Positions 36,567 through 47,500 of a stretch of 64,000 nt of DNA are shown here, piece by piece. The notes under the pieces were generated by a model that was given only the letters and a program-made list of their open reading frames with translations, was not told the origin of the DNA and did not search any database. The DNA is from a virus. The position numbers and the translations under genes are program-made. The stretch spans positions 7,546-71,545 of the IMG/VR virus record IMGVR_UViG_3300031454_000001. The stretch is one strand, 5' to 3'. Position 1 is the first letter of the stretch. Every line of letters starts with the position of its first letter.

Positions 36567-37907
36567 TTAAGCGGCGAGGACAACGGATTTTGCGAAGTGC
36601 TGAGCTCCGAGTATCTGTAAGCCCTGGTGAGAAAGCCAGTGTGTATGTCTTACTGCTGTTCCGTCTGTTGGACGTGGACGGGCAAGAGCGCCGGTTTCCC
36701 ATTGAGCGATATATTCGTTCTGCATTTCAGCGCCTTCCATTGCAGCAATGTTGTGCTTCATATATCTCATCATCATACGTGGAAGAGTACCGCTACCTTT
36801 TGTCTTAACCTGATCTTTTGGTATGAAGTAGATGGATCTAACAATATCGGTTTGTGAAAAGAATTCCTGATTATCAAGAATACCTATGGTGCCAAATTGA
36901 AAATCAAAATTTCCATATTTGAAACCATCAACCATGTAATCAAACGTTTTTCCATCAAGAGAAAGCCTGCCGGATGATATACCTGGGTTTATTCCTTTTA
37001 TGTAGCTATCCATTACAATAGCCGCTTTGGTGCCGCGCAATATCAGGTAATTCTTGCTTGTTTTTGCTACCAATAACTGACTTATTACATCGCTCAAATC
37101 AGCGAAATTCCATTGACCTGGAGTATTTGCCACATCATTAATTCCGTAGGTAGTTATATATTCATCAAGGCCGCGTGTTGTTTGCACCGCACCACCTGAT
37201 AGTGGATCTGTAAGGGCTGGGTTTGCATCCTGGAAACTGGTTGCAGATAATGAACCGCCTATTATAGCTCCGTTAATCCAAGCCTTAAACATTAATGCTT
37301 TAATGGCCAACTCCCGGTCAATAACATAGTAAGAACCGTTGTATTCCAGTTCCACTTCGGAAGCCATTTGAACGTCCGTTTCTGAATTGATGTCACGGAA
37401 GTTTTGAATCTTGTTGGTGTATTGTGTTTGACCGAATCTGCGGTTGATGGGCTGAGTGGAAGCCTCACCAAAGGCATTGGAGAATACAGAAAGTTTTTGT
37501 CCTGCGGTATGTGTAAGGTTAGTACCGTTAACAGACTTCATGACTATTACATCCTGGCCTCCAACGGGGGTGTTACTGATAACATATCCAACTTTGCCAT
37601 CAGGAAATTTAATGAGGTCTGTAGGCCGAACGAAACCGGAAGTACCCGCTGTGAGCGTGGTAGTTACCTGTGGCGTTCCAGTACCTACAACCGTTGAACC
37701 TGTGGTGTCAAGCAGTTTAAACAATGCATCGTCAACGAATTCCGAATACAGCGGATTAATAGCAAGTTTATACCTGCCTGAAATTTCCATTATGTCGGTT
37801 AAGTATTCGTCATTCGAGATATCCAGCCTTGTAGTGAGCCAGTCGCGTTTGTCAATACCAAGCGCGGTAATATATTTTTTATCTGTTATGCCTAGTGAAA
37901 AAGCCAT
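36567..37907 (-). CDS. Major capsid protein
   Basis: 446 aa; follows portal and scaffold; followed by terminator; YTNKIQNFR and TRGLDEYI segments typical of HK97-fold MCPs. Confidence 0.75.
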   Translation of the reverse strand: MAFSLGITDKKYITALGIDKRDWLTTRLDISNDEYLTDIMEISGRYKLAINPLYSEFVDDALFKLLDTTGSTVVGTGTPQVTTTLTAGTSGFVRPTDLIKFPDGKVGYVISNTPVGGQDVIVMKSVNGTNLTHTAGQKLSVFSNAFGEASTQPINRRFGQTQYTNKIQNFRDINSETDVQMASEVELEYNGSYYVIDRELAIKALMFKAWINGAIIGGSLSATSFQDANPALTDPLSGGAVQTTRGLDEYITTYGINDVANTPGQWNFADLSDVISQLLVAKTSKNYLILRGTKAAIVMDSYIKGINPGISSGRLSLDGKTFDYMVDGFKYGNFDFQFGTIGILDNQEFFSQTDIVRSIYFIPKDQVKTKGSGTLPRMMMRYMKHNIAAMEGAEMQNEYIAQWETGALARPRPTDGTAVRHTHWLSHQGLQILGAQHFAKSVVLAA

Positions 37908-37946
37908 AGTAGTACGGATTAGTAATTATGTATGGAAAAAAATTGT

Positions 37947-39032
37947 TTACCAGTTCTTTTTGACACCATTTTTTAGGAAAGCCTGACCGAGGGTCATGGG
38001 CTCAACAACGGCTGTCGTACTGGATGATCCTGCGTTTTCTAACTCACTGACAAAGGCTTGCTTACCAAGGGATTTGCCGTGATTAATAAGCGCATTGAAA
38101 ACTTTTTCCGGGTCTTTTGCGACAAGTGCAAGAAGTGTCATTTTAGCTACATTAGGGATAGGGTTTCCCTGGCTATCTTTTGTCGTCATTGTGTCAGCAT
38201 ACTTCTGCTGATCAAGTAAAAGGTCTAGCGTCTCTTGCGGATTTTGAACTTCATAGTTGAACTTAAGGCCATTGCCAGCGTCAAGAGTTATGACTTTATT
38301 TTGAAGTAAACCTTTAATATTAGCATCACTAATAAGTGTGTTCTTAAAAGTTTCCACCTGCCTTTGCTGCTCCAAGCGTTCTGATTCCTGTGCTGCTATC
38401 GCTTCAGCTTTCAGGTCTTTATCCTGAATAGTAAACTGTGCCTGCTTTTCAAGAAATTTCGAACGAACTTTTTCAGCATCTTGCTTTAAAAGTTCCTGAC
38501 CTAGTTCAGTATCTTCCGGAGATGCTGCGAGGTCGGGATCAAGGTCGTAACCTTGAGTGATTTTTTTGTGATATAATCTCTCAAATACCGCTGGTGGCAA
38601 TCCTGGATTCTGCTGGCGTAAATCACGTCTCATGATTTCTTCCGCTGACATATCCTTGTAATTAACCGACATCGCTTCCAGATAGTCTTTATAACTACCA
38701 GTGGTTTTGCGATGTTTTAACATATTGAGGTCATTATCATCAAAGCCTTCACCTTTAAGAACTTCTTCCCAGCTTTTAGCCGCTGGGATAGCTACCTCTG
38801 TTTTTACAGTAGGTGGCTCTACTGGTGGCGTTACCTGCCCTACCGGTGTAGTATCTGGTACTACTTCTACTGGTGTGGCAGATTCTGCCGGTGTTTCCGT
38901 TACTGGTTCCGCAACTACCGTCTCGGGTTGCAGGGCCTGTTCAGGAATATTTTGTGATCTATCAACAACTTTTACATTTTCAAGCGTTGCCCCTTCAAAC
39001 AATCCAGGAGAATAAAACTTTATAAAATTCAT
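37947..39032 (-). CDS. Capsid scaffolding protein
   Basis: Acidic P/E/T/V-rich N-terminus, helical core, immediately upstream of MCP. Confidence 0.65.
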   Translation of the reverse strand: MNFIKFYSPGLFEGATLENVKVVDRSQNIPEQALQPETVVAEPVTETPAESATPVEVVPDTTPVGQVTPPVEPPTVKTEVAIPAAKSWEEVLKGEGFDDNDLNMLKHRKTTGSYKDYLEAMSVNYKDMSAEEIMRRDLRQQNPGLPPAVFERLYHKKITQGYDLDPDLAASPEDTELGQELLKQDAEKVRSKFLEKQAQFTIQDKDLKAEAIAAQESERLEQQRQVETFKNTLISDANIKGLLQNKVITLDAGNGLKFNYEVQNPQETLDLLLDQQKYADTMTTKDSQGNPIPNVAKMTLLALVAKDPEKVFNALINHGKSLGKQAFVSELENAGSSSTTAVVEPMTLGQAFLKNGVKKNW

Positions 39033-39052
39033 TAGGGCGAATTAAAAACGGG

Positions 39053-39478
39053 TTACTTCTTTTTCTTTTCTTCAGGCTTTTTCTTTTCTTCAGGAAGTGC
39101 AGCATCCTTCACCTCTTTTGTTGTGTCGTCTGTAGCCAGCATCTGAGTGCCGTCATTCAAAGGGATAACCATTTTAGGTGCATAACTATCACCAGGCTCG
39201 TCCTTTCCTTTTGTCATTGTAAGGCGTTCCTTTACTTCATCTTCGGTAAGCATTAATTGTTTGCCGTCTTTAAATGTTATGATCGTTGCCCCTTCTTCTA
39301 CCCTTTCGGCATGATTGTTAACTGACATATGATTATAAAATTTAGGTTCACCGTTACTAAAAGAAATACAGCAACCTTCGCCAAAAGCAACGTCACCTTT
39401 GATTAACCTTTCCTTTTCTTCTTTTGAAAATTCAACTGTTTCAACAGTTACTTCTTCTTTATATATTGCTTTTGCCAT
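39053..39478 (-). CDS. Hypothetical head-module protein
   Basis: 141-aa ORF with charged C-terminus. Confidence 0.6.
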   Translation of the reverse strand: MAKAIYKEEVTVETVEFSKEEKERLIKGDVAFGEGCCISFSNGEPKFYNHMSVNNHAERVEEGATIITFKDGKQLMLTEDEVKERLTMTKGKDEPGDSYAPKMVIPLNDGTQMLATDDTTKEVKDAALPEEKKKPEEKKKK

Positions 39479-39483
39479 AGAAA

Positions 39484-39498
39484 GTTATAATTTATAAC
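39484..39498. promoter_or_regulatory. Palindromic operator-like site GTTATA-N3-TATAAC
   Basis: Perfect inverted repeat 5 nt upstream of a start codon; recurs at 44536, 60152 and 60252. Confidence 0.6.
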
Positions 39499-39572
39499 CA
39501 AAGTTGAAACGATATTTTCAATACATCACAATTTTTACAACAAGATTATTTACTTTTTTAAAAAAATGTTTT

Positions 39573-41918
39573 TTATTGTAACTGATCTTGTGTTTGTTCT
39601 TGTGGCAATTCATTTGTAACAGGTACCGAATTGTCCGGTTGACCAACTGGTTCAACGGGTGGTTGCTCCATAGTATCCACGGGAATGCCTTGCTCTATTT
39701 TTGATTGTCGTTCAGCGGAATCGTGGCCGAGCATTGTTGTAGCAATCTTATGGGTTGAATTAGTCTCGGCTATATCCGTTGCGCCTTTTATTTTTAGCTT
39801 AGCAATATCAAAATCAATATTCTTTAATTTTAATTCAAGCTCACCTTTAAGCTTATATTCCAATGTTATGGTGTCTTGTTTGGCCTGCTCTGCGGCTTGC
39901 GCAGATTGAACTTGAATTTGCCCATTCTGCTGTTGCATCGCAATTGCGTCCTGCTGTTCTTTCTCTGCTTTCTTTTTTATTTTTAAGACTAACATCTGCT
40001 CGGTTTGTTTCAGATTGTTACTGTTATTCACCATGAAGTATACATCTGGATCAACTTTACCTTCTGAATTTTTAATGTTTAAATACTGTAACAACATTGC
40101 CTTTTCCTGATCTGTAGGCTTATCTTCAATCATGATCCCAAATTCATGTAAAGCGAGATCAGGTGAAACCTTTATAAACTTAACCGTATTAGTGCCAAGA
40201 GCGTGAATAATACCCTGTACTCCTTTACCGTTTTTAACAGATAGTTGAATCCGCTGTATTACCCCCTTGGCTAACCTTTCAAGTATATTTTTTTCAGCAT
40301 AAGTTACCGGGAATATTGCGTTGTTGGTAGATTCATTGGCGAAGTTTGCCACCGGTACCAGCGTCTTAGCATTTGGCGTTGAGCCGTCCGTAAGGGCATT
40401 AAATCCGCTTGTGTCACTTAGTTCCTGGTTAAGCCTTTGAAGGTCGCCTATAAGTCCCATAAACTCATTTACCATAGGTGTTGGCAATACTTCAATAGGT
40501 TTGAAGTTTACATTGCCTGCGCTTATTTCACTTCTACGGTTTAAGGCAACATTAGTCTGCCATATCATATCTAGCAATTGCAAAGGGCTCATATTAGCGC
40601 CGCCTTTACCAAGTGCCACCCCTTCCAGTGCTTCCATATCAACGTTAATGATGTAGGGTATCCATTTATTTTTGAAATGCTGAATCTTTAATACTGTAGC
40701 CTGGTATTCATCAAGTGTCGGCTTCAACCTTTTCATATAACTAACAGCGGTCATATTGTAAAAGTTATAGGCGTACATGTGATAGCTAAAACAGGTGTTA
40801 GCAGGATTTGAGTTATCCCTTTTCTGGTTCGTGGAAATGCCTGTATCATATACGAAGTCGGTTCCTATTATCCATTTTACTTTGTAAATGTTTTGAACTG
40901 ACCTAGTGGAATATTTTGGTTCTTCTTTTCCGTCAATAGTTACCGTAGCATCAATTTGCTTTTTATCATATTTGGACTGGCCAAAAACCAGGTTGCCTCT
41001 TTGGTCTATCCTTTGGGAAAAAACCTTTTCATCAATAGATTTTATTTCCAGGTCAAGTACTTGTATTTTAGTTTTATCCCTATTTAAATTATTTGAAACG
41101 GGTTGATATGCATACTGTTCTAAGGTAGCTGACTTTATTTTTTCAAGCTGTTCAGGATTGAAAGGAAGGGTGTCCAGGTCAACTTCTATTATTTCCCCAA
41201 TATGAGTAGCATCTTTAAAATCAGGACGCCTGCAGTAGCTGCAAATTATGTTTTGAGGTGAAATATCCCTCAACTTTACTTTGCCGTTATCATCCGTCCA
41301 TTCTTTGTAACCTCCAACACCTAAGTCATACTCATTAATAATTGTCTGCCTTCTTTCTTCCACTAAATCATTTTGGTAAGCAACTAACTGAAATGATTCT
41401 TCGGCTTCAATAGCCATATTGTGCTTCCAGGTGTAACCCATCTGCATTTCCAATTCTTCCAAATCTTCGGCCTCACCATCTTCTTGTTTAACTGCAGGGG
41501 CATCAAGCATTTCAGGATTGGTTTGCTTTAGCTGGTCCCTCATTAAAATCTTGACCTTCGCTTCAGCAAAATATTTATCTGCGTCGTCTTTAGCTATTGC
41601 GTCAATCGGAGTGGCTGTAATATTGAATTCACGTTGTTGTAGTTTTGTAATGGCTATATCTCTGTACTTTGAGATAACAGGTCTGATTGTCTGGTCAAGT
41701 TTTGTCCAGGTATTCCCCTGCTCGTCAACGTAAGGCTTCATATACTGAGCCGTGGGCTGCTGGGCAATAGCATACTTTTTTAATAAGTCATACTCTGCGG
41801 CGGCACCGTAAAATATACCCGGTGTTTTAGCAGTGCCATCGTTCCATGCCTGCTTTGCGTATTGCATTAGCCATGCATTAGCTTTATCTTTCGGATTTAT
41901 ATTTTCTTTTGGATACAT
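39573..41918 (-). CDS. Portal protein
   Basis: 781 aa, helical, Q-rich C-terminal coiled coil, directly after terminase. Confidence 0.8.
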   Translation of the reverse strand: MYPKENINPKDKANAWLMQYAKQAWNDGTAKTPGIFYGAAAEYDLLKKYAIAQQPTAQYMKPYVDEQGNTWTKLDQTIRPVISKYRDIAITKLQQREFNITATPIDAIAKDDADKYFAEAKVKILMRDQLKQTNPEMLDAPAVKQEDGEAEDLEELEMQMGYTWKHNMAIEAEESFQLVAYQNDLVEERRQTIINEYDLGVGGYKEWTDDNGKVKLRDISPQNIICSYCRRPDFKDATHIGEIIEVDLDTLPFNPEQLEKIKSATLEQYAYQPVSNNLNRDKTKIQVLDLEIKSIDEKVFSQRIDQRGNLVFGQSKYDKKQIDATVTIDGKEEPKYSTRSVQNIYKVKWIIGTDFVYDTGISTNQKRDNSNPANTCFSYHMYAYNFYNMTAVSYMKRLKPTLDEYQATVLKIQHFKNKWIPYIINVDMEALEGVALGKGGANMSPLQLLDMIWQTNVALNRRSEISAGNVNFKPIEVLPTPMVNEFMGLIGDLQRLNQELSDTSGFNALTDGSTPNAKTLVPVANFANESTNNAIFPVTYAEKNILERLAKGVIQRIQLSVKNGKGVQGIIHALGTNTVKFIKVSPDLALHEFGIMIEDKPTDQEKAMLLQYLNIKNSEGKVDPDVYFMVNNSNNLKQTEQMLVLKIKKKAEKEQQDAIAMQQQNGQIQVQSAQAAEQAKQDTITLEYKLKGELELKLKNIDFDIAKLKIKGATDIAETNSTHKIATTMLGHDSAERQSKIEQGIPVDTMEQPPVEPVGQPDNSVPVTNELPQEQTQDQLQ

Positions 41919-43927
41919 TATACTGCTTTATGCATTCTGAAATATTCGGTTACTTCCCTCGGTGCCGCTGTGTTTTGTTTAACTACATGGTGAACGTCTG
42001 CCATGAGCGCATATCCAGCGGCCATTGCTTCATCCGATTTGGTTGTATCTGATGGGTCAAATTTTATCCATTGTTTAATAAGTTCGGGAAAAGGAACATC
42101 GTGAACTCTTTTATTAATAAAATCTTTTGTCACCCTGGTAAGTTCCTGATTAGATTCATACGAAGCATATAAGCCATAATCCGTTTCACCATTCAACCAA
42201 ATCAAAAACCCGCCTACACCCTCATTTACCATGTACTTTATTAAACCGTATTTGTTTCTTTCAGCAAGCATTTCAGCACCGTAATACCAAATTGTTTTTA
42301 TAACATCGTCATAGTAATCATCTGACAATTGTGGCCTGTTCGCATATCTGACAATAAGATTATTGTTGCATGGGTTACTTTGATTATGAATAGAAAATTT
42401 CCATTTAACATATACCGTACCCCTGGAACCACCTCTTTTATCTTTTGTTTTATTAATATCAAAAGGATCTGATCCTGCACAAAAATTTATAGCGTTGTCA
42501 GGGTAGTAGGTGCGGCCACGCTTAACAACCTTATTTGATTCACCCTCTCCAAGTAAATGAGATACCTGCCATCTTCCTTTTTTACTAGCGACCCAGATAA
42601 CTTTTGAATACTTAATGCCGTCTTGCCAATCAAAATCACCTGTAGTAGTTAAATTGCTATTTGACAACCATCCTAATTCACTTTCCCGGTCACTTAATTT
42701 TATGAAGTTATACACACAATCGCTCGAGGCAACCTTAAATGCTTCAACAATTGTCAAAGGTTCTTTTCTTACAGCGTCAATATAATCATCCGGTTCATTT
42801 TGTAAAGCCAATCTATCATCCAGTATTCTTTTTAAAGTTCTGGCTTCGTCCGGTACTCCATATTTATCATAATCTCCCGACCTGCTAGCTGTCATAAAGA
42901 AAGAATAAAGACCTGATTTTGTCTTTCCGTTGTCTTCTCTTTTACTCTGATCACTCCATTTCCAAAGAACATCAAATCGGAATTCTATTCCAATCATCTC
43001 ACATGTGGATGTTACCAGCATCTTTCCTATTATCTTGCCTTTCTGATCAACACAACAATGCTTTACAATAAGGTGCCTTGTAATTACATCCACTTCTACT
43101 TTGCCGCTTTCATCGAGTACAAGCCTTTTTGTTTTTGATCCATCATAAGCCTTCGCTTTTGAATTACGATAATCAATTACCGATTTCAATTCCTCCCCAG
43201 TTAAATTCTTGCTTGCAGACTTTCCTTTTTTGGATGGCCTATGAAAACGCAAACTTCCCCTTGGTGTTGAACCAGAACTAGTATCCCATATCGGCCTAAA
43301 AAAAGAAGGCAATGTTTGAAACTGAGGAACAATTGCTTTATCAAATAACTCTCCTGCCGATATCTCTTCTTTACTTTGAATGCCCCCAAGGGCGTTCTTT
43401 GTTCGGGATATACATTCTTCCAACATACACCCGGCTCTAAAGGACTTTCCATCGCGCCTTTTTCTTACCTCAATCATTCCGAAACAATCAGGGTCCTCAA
43501 CACAGTATTGCCAGAAATAATAATATTCAACATCAATTTCTCTATAATCAGGTAGTCCAATGTCAAGCATCCAGTAATTAAGGTAATAATAGTTCAACCC
43601 AGTTAAATAAACCGGCGTACCATTTATATATACCCAAACACCGTACAGCCTTCTTCTCCATTCTCTTTCCCTGATGGCTGAAAGTTCGGCGTCATAATAA
43701 GAAGGATCTCGTTGCTTAAAATCATTTTCTATATCAACTTGTTCTTCAAAATCTCCTGGTAATGATTGTGGCTCCCAATACTGCTCTGATTTTATATTTG
43801 ACCTTTTTATTATGTCAACAGGTTTTATTTCTGCGGTATCACAATGCGTACCCATACCTAAGGGCGGAATCCAGCATTCCAGTCCTTGTATTTCTACGCA
43901 TTTACCGTTATGAATTTTATTATACAC
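41918..43927 (-). CDS. terL: Terminase large subunit
   Basis: YLTGLNYYYLNY, RKRRDGKS (Walker A-like), LVLDESGK (Walker B), AGSDPFD and SDEAMA nuclease motifs. Confidence 0.88.
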   Translation of the reverse strand: MYNKIHNGKCVEIQGLECWIPPLGMGTHCDTAEIKPVDIIKRSNIKSEQYWEPQSLPGDFEEQVDIENDFKQRDPSYYDAELSAIREREWRRRLYGVWVYINGTPVYLTGLNYYYLNYWMLDIGLPDYREIDVEYYYFWQYCVEDPDCFGMIEVRKRRDGKSFRAGCMLEECISRTKNALGGIQSKEEISAGELFDKAIVPQFQTLPSFFRPIWDTSSGSTPRGSLRFHRPSKKGKSASKNLTGEELKSVIDYRNSKAKAYDGSKTKRLVLDESGKVEVDVITRHLIVKHCCVDQKGKIIGKMLVTSTCEMIGIEFRFDVLWKWSDQSKREDNGKTKSGLYSFFMTASRSGDYDKYGVPDEARTLKRILDDRLALQNEPDDYIDAVRKEPLTIVEAFKVASSDCVYNFIKLSDRESELGWLSNSNLTTTGDFDWQDGIKYSKVIWVASKKGRWQVSHLLGEGESNKVVKRGRTYYPDNAINFCAGSDPFDINKTKDKRGGSRGTVYVKWKFSIHNQSNPCNNNLIVRYANRPQLSDDYYDDVIKTIWYYGAEMLAERNKYGLIKYMVNEGVGGFLIWLNGETDYGLYASYESNQELTRVTKDFINKRVHDVPFPELIKQWIKFDPSDTTKSDEAMAAGYALMADVHHVVKQNTAAPREVTEYFRMHKAV

Positions 43928-44553
43928 TATACTCTTGTTGCCATTTTTTCGGGTGTGTAATCATCATTTTTAAATGCTTTGCTTAAGTCGGTATCTGATC
44001 CAAAAAACTTATTATAATCCTTTTCGAGCAAATCGTTCATCTCTGCCATATCTGCACTTAACTTTGATTTAATTGCAATCGCCGACATTAAATCTTTTTC
44101 CTTGTCTCCCGTTTTTGCCTCCACAGGTTTCAGCATTCTTTCCGCGTATTCATATATTGTTTGTTCCCGGGCTGATATCATATACCATAACCTACTATGA
44201 ATAAAGAATTTTAAAAAGTTACTTACTCCATAGAGTGCTGCGTTATTCGAAAATGAAAAAAGATCAATTAAAAAATATTCGTCTTTTGTAAAATCATAAC
44301 CCGCCACCATTGCGGCTGTTCTTTTCCTTAATGTAATATCCCGGTATTCTTTAATCAATGGCGATCCAGGATCGTACATTGCAATTATATATCGAACCAT
44401 TTTTTCATTATCTTCTTCACTGTTTAACATGTCCTTGGGTATTAATTCACTTAACCTGGGATATGCATTGAAAATGTTTTTCTTCAATGGGTTGCAAAAA
44501 CAGCCCGCGAAATCCTTCTCTGAATAACTCATAAGGTTATAAATTGTAACCAA
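43927..44553 (-). CDS. Hypothetical protein upstream of terminase (possible small subunit); likely start at 44532
   Basis: 208-aa helical ORF abutting terL. Confidence 0.55.
   Translation of the reverse strand: MVTIYNLMSYSEKDFAGCFCNPLKKNIFNAYPRLSELIPKDMLNSEEDNEKMVRYIIAMYDPGSPLIKEYRDITLRKRTAAMVAGYDFTKDEYFLIDLFSFSNNAALYGVSNFLKFFIHSRLWYMISAREQTIYEYAERMLKPVEAKTGDKEKDLMSAIAIKSKLSADMAEMNDLLEKDYNKFFGSDTDLSKAFKNDDYTPEKMATRV
44536..44550. promoter_or_regulatory. Operator-like palindrome directly downstream of a TAATTTTG -7 box
   Basis: Minus strand reads TAATTTTG-GTTACAATTTATAAC-CTT-ATG. Confidence 0.6.
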
Positions 44554-44597
44554 AATTACTATGAAAACATGCTGATAGTCATAATTTTACAACATGT

Positions 44598-47500
44598 TTA
44601 CTTGGAAAAGTCCGGAAGCGAAGACGATGATGTAGGAGATTTATCTCCTTTACCTTTACTGAATATCTTTAAATCACGTTCACCACCGTACCTTGACTGC
44701 ATTTTCTTTTCCATAATCTTTTGCAACTTCCGGTTAGCATTCTGAACTTCCGCATCCCCAGCTAAAGGAACGCCTACTATTCCGGCAGCATTAATGAGAA
44801 AGTTAGCTACAAATAAAGCACGTTCATTGTCAGTTATTTTAACAGTTTCGGTTTGCTTTACACCCTCCATACCACCTTTAATAACCTTTTCTGTTTCTCC
44901 TAATACGGCCTCCGAAGCATGTTTTTTAAATGACTGAATTTGGGTAGGCAGAATTCCATACATTCCCCAATTAGAGAAGTCAGTTTGATCATCTTTGGAT
45001 GGATCAAATGTATAAAAAGCCTTTGGGTGAGTATTTGCTTTACCACCATTTGGATAGGTTTCAGTAGCCATATTTGAATACAGCCAATTCATTCCTTTCT
45101 GCATAACTTGCTGCGTTCCGCCGCCCATCCCACTAAAATAAAAATCGCTAATAGTATTGGCGACAAACTTTTTATGTTTATCAGAAGTTGAAATATCCAT
45201 GTCTCCAATTTTGATATTTATATCTTCATAAGCCTTTGCTTTCTTTTCGTCTTGATCATCCCAAAATCCGAATGCCGCAGCTAGTCCCCTAGCTCCCGAT
45301 GTCGTTAATGCACCTAAACCATAAACTTTTATTGCGTTAAATATTCCTTGCTCTAAAAATGTGGCTGCTAATGACCTGGCCGCTTCTGATTTGTTTCCGC
45401 CTTTAATTAATTTTTGTAAATCATTTGTCATTCTTACTCGTTGATTAACGGCAAATGAACTAAAAGGAAGTATCATGTTTTTTAAAATCATAGAACCTCC
45501 TTTAGTATCTCTATATAAAGAACCTAATTCTGTATTATTGTTTGGGTTTTGACTGCGGCTTACCATTTGTTCAGCATACGCCCCAGCTTCTTTGTTATAA
45601 TCTTCGTGGGCTTTATTCCAGTCTATTTTATTAATATCAACACCCTGCTTTTTTAAGTCTTGCATGTAGTAAGAAAGCCAGGAAGTACGGGCTACAGATA
45701 CATCTGATTTTACCAAAGCACTCATAGCTGTTTCAGCTACTTTAGCCATAGTGCTAAGCGCCTGCCTACTGTTTCTTACAAAACTATTTCCAAGTACCGA
45801 TCTATCAATTGACGCAATATCCATATCATGATTATATCCGGCTTTAGTATCGCCACGCATAGCTATACTTGACTGATCAAATAATTTTATTTTATTTGAT
45901 ACCCTCAAAGCCTGGAAATACAAACCCATATCTGTTCCCAAATTTGCTACCGTTGAGGATGCTACAGATATATACTGTTTTGGAAGTTGGCTTATTGATC
46001 CAAGTGCAATCCGGGCGCCCTTCGCTTGAAGTATGTTCAACGCTTTCACCGCGTTTCTTTCTAATTCAGGCGCTTGTAATTGTTTATTTTTTTGTTTAAG
46101 GACGGCATTTTTAATACTCTCCATTACAAATTTTTTATTATGAGTACCACCAAGTAGTTTTTCAGATTCAGGAGTACTAAAGAAAGCCCTAACTTTTGCG
46201 ATATGCGGCGCAGTTTCAAGATCGTAATTGGTATCATAAAACCTTTCTCCTTGTACTGAATCAAAATCAAGATCATAAACTGTATTAGCTGGTAAAACGG
46301 ACGACTTTATACGATTCATTTTTGTTTTTGAAGGTGAGGCATCCAGCTTTTTACTTAACATGGTGGCCTTAAAAATATCTTCACCCTCGGCGTTAATGTA
46401 ACTTCCGTTTATAGCCTTTGCCTTAGTTGCTGTGTAATTATTATATCGTTCGAATATTTTATTATTATATATTTCTGAACTAGCAGCAACATCATCTGCA
46501 CGTTCATTGAACTTATTGATCCAAAAGTCAACCAGTTTTATGTTATTCGATTCAATCTTTTGCAAAGAAGTCTTTACCTGATCTGCGTTTTCTGATCCAT
46601 CTAATAATTCTTTATACACTTTCTCTAAAAGTTTCCCCTCTTGCACTTCTGTATCAACGTCGGAACGTAATAACCTTTCATAACTGTGCTGTATCAACCC
46701 CTTTACCCGGTCAAATTCAGATTTAATATTTTCAGATGATCCGCCAAGTTCTTGAATAACCCTTGCATATACACCACGGCGATACCTGTTTTCAGGATCG
46801 TCTATTTTATTTCCGAACTTATCTTTTAAATTCTGATATTCTTTTAAGGTGCGTTCTTGTGTAACGGTAGCTTTTGCGTGGCCGTTAAAAATATCATGAA
46901 TGCCAGATAGTTGCTGCATCCGGGATGCAAGTTTTGAACTCTTAGCTATGAAATCAAAAACTAAATGGATGGAAGCTACCCCTTTTAGTATCTTATCATA
47001 CCATGCATTTGAGAATTTAGATAAATCAATACCTGACTTATCAATCTCTATCTTCATTTGCGCATTATCCTTAATCACATCATGAATAACTGCAATATCC
47101 CCAGCTCCGTATAACTCCCCATTTACCACAATGTTATTTATAATATCATTTGTTTTTACCATCTGTGATAAAGAAAGGTCGGCAGGATTTAAGTCCAGTA
47201 TATTTTTAATTATTTCGTTTTCTTGGGGGGTAAGAATATCTAAGTCTTTCGTACTGTCATGCATCTCCTGTAAAGCGGATTGCTGCATTTCGATAAGCGA
47301 AGCCATAGCGCGTTCCTTTTCTGCTTGCTTCGCATTGTCGAGCGCCAATATTTCTTCAGGTGTTGCGGTGGGGCTATTCACCGAATCAATAACATCCTGC
47401 ATTTCTTTGAGCGACATCGTGGCCGGATCAATTACTCCAATATCAACTAAGTCCTGATAGTTTTCTGCAGTTCTTGTTTTAGCAAGTTCTTCAGCATGAG

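Noticed and set aside
37456-37986. Plus-strand 176-aa ORF, and similar antisense ORFs over long genes (e.g. 10527-10910, 47131-47457, 62208-62633)
   Set aside because: Fully overlap well-supported genes on the opposite strand and have no motifs
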